Notes: generated by a model not told the origin, from the sequence alone. Positions 1 through 9,445 are shown, numbered from the stretch's first letter. The stretch is DNA of 64,000 nucleotides from Spirochaetia bacterium (GCA_965198005.1 CBDAOI010000004.1:416001-480000), one strand, 5' to 3'. A program made the numbers and translations.

Positions 1-299
1 TGCCTGTCATGATCATCATATTCAGCATCAGCGTCGGGGGGGTGATTATTGCTGAAGCCTCTCTGAGCTTCCTGGGATTCGGTCTGCCAGTCAACATTCC
101 TAGCTGGGGAGGTCTCCTCAGCCGGGAAGGGCGCAAGTACATGGAGGCGGCCCCATGGCTGGCTATCTGGCCCGGTCTTGCCCTGACTATTACCGTTTAC
201 AGTTTCAACATGTTTGGCGACGCCCTCAGGGACCTGCTCGACCCGCGGCTGCGGGGTGGCGGTGGTGGTCTCGGTGCCGGAGCCGCCGGGTCGGTTTAA
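1..299 (+). CDS. Peptide/nickel ABC permease (DppC/OppC-like), 3' part at window edge
   Basis: EASLSFLGFG..PSWG and NMFGDALRDLLDPR motifs. Confidence 0.9.
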   Translation, partial: PVMIIIFSISVGGVIIAEASLSFLGFGLPVNIPSWGGLLSREGRKYMEAAPWLAIWPGLALTITVYSFNMFGDALRDLLDPRLRGGGGGLGAGAAGSV

Positions 300-570
300 G
301 AGAGCCCGCATAGGGGCCACGCGCCTGCGCGAGGGCGTCCGCCCACCCCCGACCGACCAACGTGCGACCCGGGGCGGCGCTAGATCTCTTCGCGCTCGAT
401 CACACCGCCGCCGGCATCCTTCAGTTCCGCCACCCGCGCGCCGACCCGCGGGTGTGCGCGAACGAAGTTCGCGGCGCCGACCGGGAACTCCCGCGGTATC
501 ACGCCGGAGGTCCGGTGACCTCCACCCGTGGCTCCATCCAGGCGATGGCCTCGATCGAGTCCAAGTCGTG
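300..570. repeat. Degenerate ~250-bp dispersed element, copy 1
   Basis: Shares blocks (ccacgcgcctgcg, ctcgatcac, ggcatcctt, gacctccacccgtgg) with 9202-9445 and 13005-13260. Confidence 0.7.
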
Positions 571-627
571 AAGAGCTTCCGGCGCGAGATCACTATCGCC
601 ACACGGTGGCTGTTGCCGAGTGGATGG

Positions 628-649
628 TGTGGCCATAGACTGTGGCCAT
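628..649 (+). promoter_or_regulatory. Probable antitoxin operator
   Basis: TGTGGCCAT twice (628-636, 641-649), each with a TGGCCA palindrome, at the antitoxin start. Confidence 0.55.
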
Positions 650-911
650 GGATGTAAAAGACCACACTGTCGCCGCGGGTGAATTCAAGCAGCGGTGTCT
701 GGCGCTGCTCGATGCGGTGGCCGAGAGCCATGAGCCGCTCACGATCACCAAGCACGGCAAACCGGTGGCGCGCCTCGTCCCCCTCGAGTCTGACGCGGAG
801 ACCGAGCGCCGGATCCTGGAGCAGCTACGCGCCGGAGATGGGGCGGTGCTGGTCGACGAGGCGACGTTTCTGCAACCGACGGCGAGCCTTGCCGGCTGGA
901 AGGCAGATTGA
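648..911 (+). CDS. Phd/YefM family antitoxin
   Basis: EFKQRCLALLDAV...ITKHGKPVARLVP signature. Confidence 0.9.
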   Translation: MDVKDHTVAAGEFKQRCLALLDAVAESHEPLTITKHGKPVARLVPLESDAETERRILEQLRAGDGAVLVDEATFLQPTASLAGWKAD

Positions 912-1294
912 TCACCCTCGACACGCACACGGCCGTCTGGTGGACCCAGGATCCGGATGCTCTGAGCGCCTCGGCAACGGCAGCCCTGGCTCGGGCGCAG
1001 CAGATTCTCATTCCCGCAATCGTGTTCTGGGAGGTGGCGCTCCTGGTCCGCAAGGGACGACTCCGCTTGAGTGGGAAACAACCCCCCGGTGCGTGGGCGC
1101 GCCAGCTTCTGGCGATCCCACGGGTTCGCGAGGTTCCACTCGATCATGCGCTCGCGATAGCCGCCGATGCCGCCGATATGCATTTGGACCCGGCGGACCG
1201 CTTCATTGCCACGACCTCCATCTCCCACGACGCGCCACTGGTAACCAAGGATAAGCTGATGCGCGATCTCGGATGGCTGAATACGGTTTGGTGA
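908..1294 (+). CDS. vapC: VapC family PIN toxin
   Basis: LDTH..W, WEV, H.DPADR.I, LVTKD motifs; overlaps antitoxin stop. Confidence 0.9.
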   Translation: MITLDTHTAVWWTQDPDALSASATAALARAQQILIPAIVFWEVALLVRKGRLRLSGKQPPGAWARQLLAIPRVREVPLDHALAIAADAADMHLDPADRFIATTSISHDAPLVTKDKLMRDLGWLNTVW

Positions 1295-1392
1295 GTCAAA
1301 GGCACAGCCGCCCCCGGATGCCGATGGAGACGTGCTCTGCATCTTGACCCTCGCGTCTTGTGTCCTTGGGCCCGCGCCATGGCGCGCGTAGG

Positions 1393-2105
1393 TCACTCTA
1401 CCTCGACCGCCGCCCGGAGCGCCGCCGCCAACGAGCCGTGGTTGACGATGCCCGCGATACGCTCAGCCATCATATAGGTCGTCGCCTGCGTGTTTGCCCG
1501 CGGGCAATCCGGCATCAGGCTCGCGTCCACCACGCGCAGGCCCCTCGCCCCGAGCACTTTCCCGTCTTCGTCGCACACGGCCGTCGGGTCGGCGGGATCG
1601 CCCATTCGACACGAGCTGCTCTGGTGGTGCGACGTAATGACGTGCCTCTCGACCCAGTCGTCGAGGGCGGCGTCGGACGACTCGGCCGTCACCTCGTCCT
1701 CGGCCGGCACGATCGGACCTTCGAGGACAGTCGCCATCTCCGTGGAGGCGGCGAGCCGCAGCGCCAAGCGCAGGCCCTCGCGAAGGCGTACGCGATCGGC
1801 AGGATGCTCCAACCAGCCCATCTCGATCACGGGCATGGCCTCCATGTTTGGTGCGCCGTCTGCGAAGGGGGCCGGCATCTTCAGCGTGCCCGCGCTGAGC
1901 TCGAGCATGAGGGTCGGAATGATGACGAAAACGCGGTGGCCGGAAGAGTTGTGCCCGGCCAAGCGCTCGACCTCGCCCGCCTGGCTCTGCAGCGGTCCCA
2001 GGAAAAACAGCATGTCGTTCCTCATGGGCTCCATCCCGTCGAGCGCGTCTGCGGTGTACCGAAGGTACATCGGCATGGGGTGCGCGGAGCCGTCGACGCT
2101 TGTAC
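1393..2105 (-). pseudogene. GMC oxidoreductase, C-terminal fragment
   Basis: HH.SSSCRMG...GLRVVDASLMP...NT.ATTYMMAER; FAD-binding N-terminus absent. Confidence 0.8.
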
Positions 2106-2270
2106 GCCCTGTGCGTTCGGCTGTTTCAGGAACACGGCATCGCGGTGGCAACCGACGGCGGCTTTCAAATCAGGGCGTTTGACGCCACCACCGTGAAGGA
2201 ACCGGGCAAGACCGGAGCGCTGTGGCGCATCCACTGGAGCGTATGCCTGCCGTCGCTGGCGTGCGACTTC
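2106..2270 (+). mobile_element. IS4-like DDE transposase fragment
   Basis: IRAFDATTVKEPGKTGALWRIH resembles the first catalytic Asp block. Confidence 0.6.
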
Positions 2271-2293
2271 TCTCGCCCTCAAGACTTTTCTGT

Positions 2294-2870
2294 AGAGGAT
2301 CTTGCAAAAGCTATGGAGCGGTGAGGAGGAAGTCGGGAACGTGAGCACAAGAGGACCGATTTTGTCGCATTTGCTTGGTTGGATACGCCGTCAGGGCGTC
2401 TGCGGCACCTCGAATTGGTCAGAATCCGCCAGAATCCGCAGTTCATGCGGCGTCCATGGCAGCGCGCGGACACAACTGTCCCGTGTCTCCTGCTGAGATC
2501 GGCTTGGTCCGGTAGTACGCGGGCGGAACGAAGTCGGGTTCAGTTCACGAAGCGCAGCAACTGATCCACGGTCAACGCCAGGATGCCGAACATCAGGTGG
2601 CACAGCACCTTGCTGTGCCCGCGCACGCGTACCTGACGGGCACCGAATTCGTCCTTCAGCCGACCGTTGACGCGCTCGACCGTCGACCGCTCCCGGTAGC
2701 GCACACCCTTGGCGTACATCTGGCCGAGCGTGCGCCGCGCCTTCGCCTCCTGCTGCAGGTCTCGCTTGAGTGCGGCACTGTTGCGGGGATTGACATCGAT
2801 GATCGGCACATGTCCGAGCGACTCGCTGTGGGCTCTGATCTCGGCGGCATCATAGGCCGCGTCCATCAGG
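2294..2870 (-). mobile_element. IS remnant: DDE transposase C-terminus (2540-2870) plus right end
   Basis: LMDAAYDA...YRERSTVERVNGRLKDEFG...HLMFG (IS4/IS5/IS1182 superfamily-like). Confidence 0.75.
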
Positions 2871-2872
2871 TC

Positions 2873-2985
2873 GTCCATCGCCGAACCGGCATGCTGGCCG
2901 CCCACGTCCTTCCAGGCGACCGCAACCGTCCCGGATCCCCGCCCGCGACTAACTGCCCGCAAAACCCACCGCCTGCGTTGGCGGC
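2873..2985 (+). repeat. 113-bp near-identical copy of 4420-4532
   Basis: Direct comparison shows 2 mismatches. Confidence 0.9.
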
Positions 2986-2989
2986 GGGA

Positions 2990-3454
2990 GTTCATGGGCA
3001 CCCCGTAGTAGCGCAGGTGCCCACCCACAACCGAGCGCAGCCAGCTTCCCATCTCCGGGACCGGATCGTGCAGGCGCCGCCGAAGCTCGGTCTTCACCTG
3101 CCCCAGCTTGGCCTGCAACCGCTTCCGCATCGTCTGCCTGAGCACCGTACACCGTCCGTCGCTCCTCTTCGTCGCGCAGATGTGCGTGAACCCCAGGAAG
3201 TCGAAGGTCTCCGGCTTGCCCTGACCTCGACGCCTGCGGTTCTCAGCCGCGAACGGCCCGAACTCGATCAGGCGCGTTTTGTCAGGATGCAGCTCCAAGG
3301 CGAACTTGCTGAACCTCTCGGTCAGCTCCGCCCGACACCGCTCGGCATCCGAGCGGTGTCGGAATCCGACGACGATGTCATCCGCGTAGCGCACGACGAT
3401 CACCTCGCCACGCGCCTGCGTCTGCCGCCAGCGCCGGACCCACAGGTCGAACAC
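2990..3454 (-). mobile_element. Group II intron reverse transcriptase/maturase fragment
   Basis: VRYADD, LELHPDKTRLIEFG, FDFLGFTH, start of domain X; both ends missing. Confidence 0.9.
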
Positions 3455-3456
3455 GT

Positions 3457-3559
3457 GTACTGTTTGAACATGTTCGGCGACGCGGTGCGGGATCTGCTTG
3501 ACCCGAGGCTCAGGGGTGGCGGTGGTGCTCTCGGTGCCGGAGCCGCCGGGTCGGTTTAA
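3457..3559 (+). pseudogene. Orphan dppC 3' end
   Basis: YCLNMFGDAVRDLLDPRLRGGGGALGAGAAGSV*, near-identical to 9100-9201. Confidence 0.9.
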
Positions 3560-3560
3560 G

Positions 3561-3655
3561 GAGAGCGCGCCTGCGGCGGCCTAGGAGCCACGCGCCTGCG
3601 CCCGGGCGGCCGTCCAGCCCAGTCAGCAAGGCGAGGTGCGACGGATCGGGCCCAG
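3561..3655. repeat. Partial copy of the ~250-bp element
   Basis: gagagc..ccacgcgcctgcg..cagcaaggcgaggtgcgacgg matches 9202-9285. Confidence 0.65.
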
Positions 3656-4280
3656 TAGCAAGCTTGCCTCGCCTGGGGTCGGACGGATCGGAGATGAAGC
3701 GCCATGACTACGCGCCAGGATGGCGGCAGCGCAGTGGCCGGTGGCCGGTCATGTTCGGTGACGTCCGAGTCGTTGACAGGGTGGTCGCGCCCACGCTATC
3801 ATGCTTGGCTTGGGGCGACGGATGCCGATGAAGCGCTATGAAGACCGTCAGCGCGGTGACCGGTTGGCGGTGACGTTCGGTGACCGCGGTGACCGCTGAG
3901 TCGTTGACAGGCGCGCCGCGCCTATGCTAGCGTGCCTCGCCTGGGGTTTCGACGGATGCAGATGGAGCGCCAGGATGGCGGCAGCGCAGTGGCCGGTTGG
4001 CCGTGATGACCTCCGATGGGTTGACAGGGTGGGCCGCGGCCATGCAAGCTTGCCTCGCTTGGGGTCGGACGGAACGGTGATGACGCGTCATGACGACAGT
4101 CAGCGCAGTGGCCGGTTAGCGGTCACGTTCGGTGACCTCCGGGTCATTGACAGGTTTCCGGCCGCATGCGACGGTTCACCGCTCCGGGTTGGATGGATGA
4201 GGCGCCAGGATGGCATGATGCGACATGACGCGCCAGGATGGCGTAAGCGCTGTAGCCGGTTGGCGGTGACGCGACCGGTG
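3656..4280 (+). repeat. Tandem array of ~5 degenerate ~125-bp units with sigma70-like boxes
   Basis: TTGACAGG at 3773, 3904, 4021, 4147; recurring gcctcgcctggggtcggacgga and cagcgcagtggccgg blocks. Confidence 0.85.
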
Positions 4281-4287
4281 GATCATA

Positions 4288-4306
4288 CCCCCCCCCCCCC
4301 CCCCCC
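4288..4306 (+). repeat. Poly-C tract (19 nt)
   Basis: Homopolymer about 500 bp upstream of the binding-protein gene. Confidence 0.95.
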
Positions 4307-4609
4307 TCACATTACGAACCGAGAAACAACTCACCGCTCCGGCTGATCGCGTACGCGTACGCGACCCCGCGCACACCGTCGCCTTCACCACCGCCGTAGC
4401 TATCGGTGGCGCCCGCTCGGTCCATCGCCGAACCGGCATGCTGGCCGCCCGCGTCCTTCCAGGCGACCGCAACCGTCCCGGATCCCCGCCCGCGACTAAC
4501 TGCGCGCAAAACCCACCGCCTGCGTTGGCGGCCATTCAGACTCACTGCTGCTCAGACCACCGCCACGCGTGGCGTCGTAACGCAGATCCCGACGTAAATC
4601 TAGAGAAGA

Positions 4610-4776
4610 AGGAGGTTCGAATGATACTCAAAGAACCGCACGCGCGCGCGGCGTGAGCCGGGGTGAACCCGTTGAGTCACACGCCGCGCGCTTTTAGTGA
4701 ATTTGACTCAGACTGGTCGCCCGCGTTGCGGGCCCGAGAGTAGCCAGGGAGCGGCAATCCGCTACGCAATACTCTC
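4610..4776 (+). promoter_or_regulatory. Conserved structured leader with micro-ORF (4621-4656, MILKEPHARAA)
   Basis: AGGAGG SD; 12-bp stem 4644-4655/4680-4691 followed by TTTT; GAGAGTA/TACTCTC stem; homologous to 12446-12651 and 46169-46245. Confidence 0.7.
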
Positions 4777-4800
4777 GAAATAACATTCAAGGAAGAAACG

Positions 4801-6606
4801 ATGAAGATATTTTTTGCAAGGACCTTCGCGATTGCGTTGGTCCTGATTCTGAGCGCAACCGGCCTGTGGGCCGGTGGCGCGGAAGAGGAGCCGGCAGCCG
4901 CTGCCGACAAGAAGTATGTGACCGACCCCACCACCGGCGAGGTGGTGGTAGCACCAGAGTATGGCGGGACAATAACCTTCGCCACGCCAGAGAATCCGAT
5001 TGGTACTGACATCCTGGTCGGAGTTGCAGGCTCAATCGTACAAGCCCTAATCGATCCCGTCATCGAGAAGCTGGGCATGGCGGACTGGGCAGCGCCCAGG
5101 GACAAATTCGACTTCTTCAATGGCTTCCCCCCTCCAGAATACACGAGAGGGGCTCTGGCGGAAAGCTGGTCGCAGCCCGACCCACTCACTGTTATCGTCA
5201 ACGTCCGCCAAGGCGTTCGGTGGCATGATAAGCCGCCGATGAACGGTCGGGAGCTGACCGCCCAGGACGTAGAGTTCAACTTTCACCGGCAGCTTGGCAT
5301 GGGCAGCGGTTTCACCGAGCCTGCCGAAACTCTTACTTATGGTTTCATGTGGCCAGGTGTGAAAGTGGAATCGGTAACGGCAACCGACAAATCGACGGTC
5401 GTCTTCAAGCTGCAGGAGCCAGCGCTCACTATTCTGGATGCTATCCTCAACGAAATAGGCGGCTTTATATACCCCCCCGAAGTGATCAAGGAACACGGAG
5501 ACGCGAACGACTGGAGGAACCTGGTCGGCACCGGACCCATGATGCTGACCGACTGGGTCGAAGGCAGCTCTTGGACCTGGGACAAGAATCCTGACTACTG
5601 GGGCTACGACGAAAAATACCCGGAGAACCGCTTGCCCTATATTGACCAGTTAAGGGCACTAGTTATGACGGAACCGGCAACACGTCTGGCGGGGCTGCGC
5701 ACGGGTCAGCTTGATTTATCAGGGTTTGGGCAACTATCGACTCTCGAGCAGGTAGAAAGCCTACTGAAGACCAACCCCGGAATCCGGATATGGCCGAATG
5801 CCGGTGCGTCGACTCATAGTGTTGGCCTGAACGTTCAGGTGGAGCCGTTTGACGACATCAGGGTGCGCAAGGCACTGCAGATGGCAATCAACCTCGAGGA
5901 GATCAACAACGCCTACTATAAGGGTTATGCCGATATCATCCCTCAGGGGCAGCTGAGCCGGTTTGTTTCAGAGGCTGTCATCCAATTCGAAGATTGGCCC
6001 GAAGATGTCAAGAAGGTCTTTGACTACGACCCGGAAGCTGCCGAAGCGTTGCTTGATGAGGCTGGATACAAGCGGGGCGCCGACGGGATGAGATTTAGGA
6101 CTGACATTATGCACTACGCCCCGCGCGATTTGAACTACACGCAACTGCTCCTTTCATACTTGAAAAAGATTGGTGTCGACGTAGAGATTGATGTACAGGA
6201 AAGGGCGGGGTTTGGCCCTAGAAGAACTTCGAGAGACTTTAGAATGATGATGGCAGGGGAATCGGCCGGGAAAGTGTCCCCATTGGGTTGGGCTGGGGGC
6301 ATACGCTATTTGGCGGAAACTCAATGGAACTCCTCCAATGTCAACGACCCCTGGTATGAAGCCAAGTATAAGGAGAAGCAAGCCGCTACCACCATGGAGG
6401 AAGTTAACAGCGTAACGAAAGAGCTGAATCAGTATGCGATCGAGCAGTTCTGGACGCTATTTAGTCCTATCGCCCCGTCCTTTTCGGCGAGCCAGCCGTG
6501 GGTCATAGGTTATAACGGCGAGGCGTGGTTGGGAGAAAATCGACTTCAATCCATTTTCACCCGCCTCTGGATTGATAGTGCGCTGAAGGAAGCAATGGGT
6601 TATTAG
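4801..6606 (+). CDS. ABC transporter substrate-binding protein, family 5 (peptide/nickel)
   Basis: Signal peptide, YGGT, LAESW, VGTGP, KNPDYW, PFDDIRVRKAL motifs; 601 aa. Confidence 0.92.
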   Translation: MKIFFARTFAIALVLILSATGLWAGGAEEEPAAAADKKYVTDPTTGEVVVAPEYGGTITFATPENPIGTDILVGVAGSIVQALIDPVIEKLGMADWAAPRDKFDFFNGFPPPEYTRGALAESWSQPDPLTVIVNVRQGVRWHDKPPMNGRELTAQDVEFNFHRQLGMGSGFTEPAETLTYGFMWPGVKVESVTATDKSTVVFKLQEPALTILDAILNEIGGFIYPPEVIKEHGDANDWRNLVGTGPMMLTDWVEGSSWTWDKNPDYWGYDEKYPENRLPYIDQLRALVMTEPATRLAGLRTGQLDLSGFGQLSTLEQVESLLKTNPGIRIWPNAGASTHSVGLNVQVEPFDDIRVRKALQMAINLEEINNAYYKGYADIIPQGQLSRFVSEAVIQFEDWPEDVKKVFDYDPEAAEALLDEAGYKRGADGMRFRTDIMHYAPRDLNYTQLLLSYLKKIGVDVEIDVQERAGFGPRRTSRDFRMMMAGESAGKVSPLGWAGGIRYLAETQWNSSNVNDPWYEAKYKEKQAATTMEEVNSVTKELNQYAIEQFWTLFSPIAPSFSASQPWVIGYNGEAWLGENRLQSIFTRLWIDSALKEAMGY

Positions 6607-6952
6607 GGGTTATGAGCAGCCGACAAGACTGCATTCCAGCCGGGGAAGGACCGGCCGTACCAATTACCCGGTTCGGGTACGTAGTGATGCCACAGTTCGT
6701 GTTGGGTAACCGCACGATAGCTGCGTGGTGTATAAGGCCCTGCCGCTTTGTCAGGCACGGGACTACAAGGTGGGGGCATCCAGAGGGTCGAGCGAGCACA
6801 GGAGCCTGAACATAAAGGAATGTCACGGCTTGCGCGCGCCGCGATTCTACCCGGCCACCCCTTGTGGCTTAGCTCAGGGAAAAAGGGAGCTGGGAGGTTC
6901 AAACCTCCTGGCTCCCATACACCATGTCATTTGCGAGGCGCGCTCCCTCACT

Positions 6953-7033
6953 GTCATTCCGGGCGGAAAACCCGGAATCCAGAAAACGCAACCATTTGAA
7001 ATTACTCTGGATTCCGCCTTTCGGCGGAATGAC
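6953..7033. repeat. Palindromic REP/MITE-like element
   Basis: GTCATTCC..GGAATCCAGA ... TCTGGATTCC..GGAATGAC. Confidence 0.75.
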
Positions 7034-7087
7034 GGGAAAGGGGGATACAGGGGGATGGGGCCTTCACCAACGATGGGCTACAGGTGT

Positions 7088-7150
7088 TCTGTCCAGTGAT
7101 CCTTGAACACTGGACAGGGGGAATCAAGGGGGACACCCCCTTGATTCCCC
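7088..7150. repeat. Two adjacent strong hairpins
   Basis: ctgtccagtg/cactggacag and ggggaatcaagggg/ccccttgattcccc. Confidence 0.7.
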
Positions 7151-7358
7151 GTTTCAAAGGGGTTTCACCCCTCTGAACTCCCCAAAACGGTGAGAGGCGA
7201 GTTTCTTGGCAGGGGTCATTCGCACCTTAGAGAGTGCCGCGCCAGCCGGGCAAGGGGATGGTCTAAGTGGATTGCGGTTTTCACCGCAATGACGGGGGAA
7301 ATGGGAATGACGAGAGAGGGCTGGCAATGACGGGGGAAATCGTGATGAGGTGTATCAC

Positions 7359-8324
7359 ATGAGAGCCTATATCATCAGGCGGTTATTGCTCATAATCCCC
7401 ACCTTGTTCATATTGACGATTCTGGTGTTTCTCTCGGTCCGCTTCATCCCGGGCGATGTAATAGACGTAATGATCGACAGGCTTGGACTATCATCAGCAG
7501 TCGGTGCGTCGTTTGACCGTGAAGCCCTCGAGCATAAGCTGGGATTGGACGTGCCTGTCCACGTGCAGTATGCACGCTGGGTAGGAGATATTTTCCTGCA
7601 CGGTAGCCTTGGCGAATCACTGATGGGCCGTGGGGCGGTGGAGGAAAAGATAGTAGATAGACTGCCGGTAACCATTGAGCTTGGCCTCCTGGCGATCATC
7701 ATCGGGCTGGTGATCGCCCTGCCGGTCGGCATCTACTCGGCGATTCGCCAGGATAGCCCCGCCGACTACATAGGGCGCTCGGTCGCCATCATCGGCCTGG
7801 CCACGCCGAACTTCTGGCTCGGCATCATGGTCATGATCTACCCGGCCATCTGGTGGGGCTGGGCGCCGCCGCTGGAGCTGGTTGCTTTCACCGAAGACCC
7901 GCTGGGGAATCTGGCGATGATCATCATTCCCAGCCTGATTCTGGGGACGGCCGCTGCTGCAAGCACCATGCGGATGACGCGCACCATGATGCTGGAGGTG
8001 CTCCGGCAGGACTATATCCGCACCGCCTGGTCCAAGGGGCTCAGGGAGCGGGCCGTGGTGGTCCGACACGCCGTCAAGAACGCACTCATCCCGGTGGTGT
8101 CCCTGATCGGCCTGCAGTTGCCGATCCTGGTAGGTGGCTCCGTTATCATGGAGAACATATTTAACCTGCCGGGGTTGGGTCGTCTCTTGCTGCTCGCTCT
8201 CAATGAGAGAGATTACCCGGTGGTCTCCGGAGTAAACCTGTTTTTCGCCACTGGGGTGGTTGGGATCAATCTGCTCATCGACCTGATCTACGCGGTCTTG
8301 GACCCGAGGGTCCGCTATGACTGA
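7359..8324 (+). CDS. Peptide/nickel ABC permease (DppB/OppB-like)
   Basis: YIIRRLL, EVLRQDYIRTAWSKGL (EAA loop), RDYPVV, LDPRVRY. Confidence 0.93.
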   Translation: MRAYIIRRLLLIIPTLFILTILVFLSVRFIPGDVIDVMIDRLGLSSAVGASFDREALEHKLGLDVPVHVQYARWVGDIFLHGSLGESLMGRGAVEEKIVDRLPVTIELGLLAIIIGLVIALPVGIYSAIRQDSPADYIGRSVAIIGLATPNFWLGIMVMIYPAIWWGWAPPLELVAFTEDPLGNLAMIIIPSLILGTAAAASTMRMTRTMMLEVLRQDYIRTAWSKGLRERAVVVRHAVKNALIPVVSLIGLQLPILVGGSVIMENIFNLPGLGRLLLLALNERDYPVVSGVNLFFATGVVGINLLIDLIYAVLDPRVRYD

Positions 8325-9201
8325 TTTCTTGCGCAGGCTGGTCAAGGAGAAGCCACTGAGCATCATCGCCGGGGTCGTGATCCTGCTGTTGATACTCGTG
8401 GCGATCTTTGCCGATATTCTGGCGCCCTTTCCGCATGATGAAGTCAACATCGTAGACCGGATGCAGGCCCCCTCCGACCGGTATCTGTTGGGGACCGACC
8501 AGTTGGGGCGCGACCTGCTGAGCCGCTTGGTCTTCGGGGCTCAGATCTCACTGACCGTCGGCCTGGCGGCGACCACGGTCAACGTAGTGGTGGCGGTGCT
8601 GATAGGCGGAACATCAGGATTCTTCGGCGGTAGACTGGACCTGGCGGTGCAGAGATTCGTCGACGCCTGGATGGCGTTCCCGGGGCTGCTGCTGTTGCTC
8701 ACCATCATGTCGTTGGTGGGGCGGGGCTTGCTGCAGATCATCGTGGTGCTGCGGGTAACGGGCGGCATCGGCGGCTCGCGCGTAATCCGCGGCGCGGTTA
8801 TTGGGGTAAATGAGAACGTCTATTTCCAGGCGGCCGAGGCGATCGGCAGCACCAGGTGGCGCACCCTCATCCGCCACGTCCTGCCCAATATCGGCGCTCC
8901 GATCATCATCGTGTTCACCGTGTTCACCATCAACGTCGGGGCGGTGATCATCAGCGAGGCAGCGCTGAGCTTCCTGGGGTTCGGTCTGCCGATTTCGGTG
9001 CCCAGCTGGGGCGGGATGCTGAGCCGGGAAGGGCGTGAGTTCATGGAGGTGGCGCCGCGGCTGGCGCTGTGGCCAGGGCTGTGCCTGACGATTGTCGTCT
9101 ACTGCCTGAACATGTTCGGCGACGCGGTGCGGGATCTGCTCGACCCGCGGCTGCGGGGTGGCGGTGGTGGTCTCGGTGCCGGAGCCGCCGGGTCGGTTTA
9201 A
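8317..9201 (+). CDS. Peptide/nickel ABC permease (DppC/OppC-like)
   Basis: LGTDQLGRD, HVLPN, EAALSFLGFG, GDAVRDLLDPR. Confidence 0.93.
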   Translation: MTDFLRRLVKEKPLSIIAGVVILLLILVAIFADILAPFPHDEVNIVDRMQAPSDRYLLGTDQLGRDLLSRLVFGAQISLTVGLAATTVNVVVAVLIGGTSGFFGGRLDLAVQRFVDAWMAFPGLLLLLTIMSLVGRGLLQIIVVLRVTGGIGGSRVIRGAVIGVNENVYFQAAEAIGSTRWRTLIRHVLPNIGAPIIIVFTVFTINVGAVIISEAALSFLGFGLPISVPSWGGMLSREGREFMEVAPRLALWPGLCLTIVVYCLNMFGDAVRDLLDPRLRGGGGGLGAGAAGSV

Positions 9202-9445
9202 GAGAGCTCGCCTGGGGGCCACGCGCCTGCGTGCGGGGCCGTGCACCCCACCCAGCAAGGCAAGGTGCGACGGGGTCGGCCCCAGATGTCTTCCCACTCG
9301 ATCACTCCGGCGCTTCCATCCTTCAGCTTCGCCGCCGCCCCGCCGACCCGTGGGTGCGCCGCCGACCGGAGGCTCCGCCCTCGATCATGCCGGATGAACA
9401 GCGACCTCCACCCGTGGCGCCCTCCATGGCCCCACGGGTGGCATG
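9202..9445. repeat. Degenerate ~250-bp element, copy 2
   Basis: Similarity to 300-570 and 13005-13260. Confidence 0.7.

Noticed and set aside
2990-3454. DGR or retron reverse transcriptase
   Set aside because: Motifs are group II intron type and truncated; repeat pairs do not show adenine-specific differences
3656-4280. CRISPR array
   Set aside because: Units are ~125 bp and degenerate throughout, with no identical repeats or unique spacers; no cas genes in the window
6864-6918. tRNA gene (TAGCTCAG and GGTTCAAA motifs)
   Set aside because: No anticodon arm and too short for a cloverleaf; kept only as a hairpin
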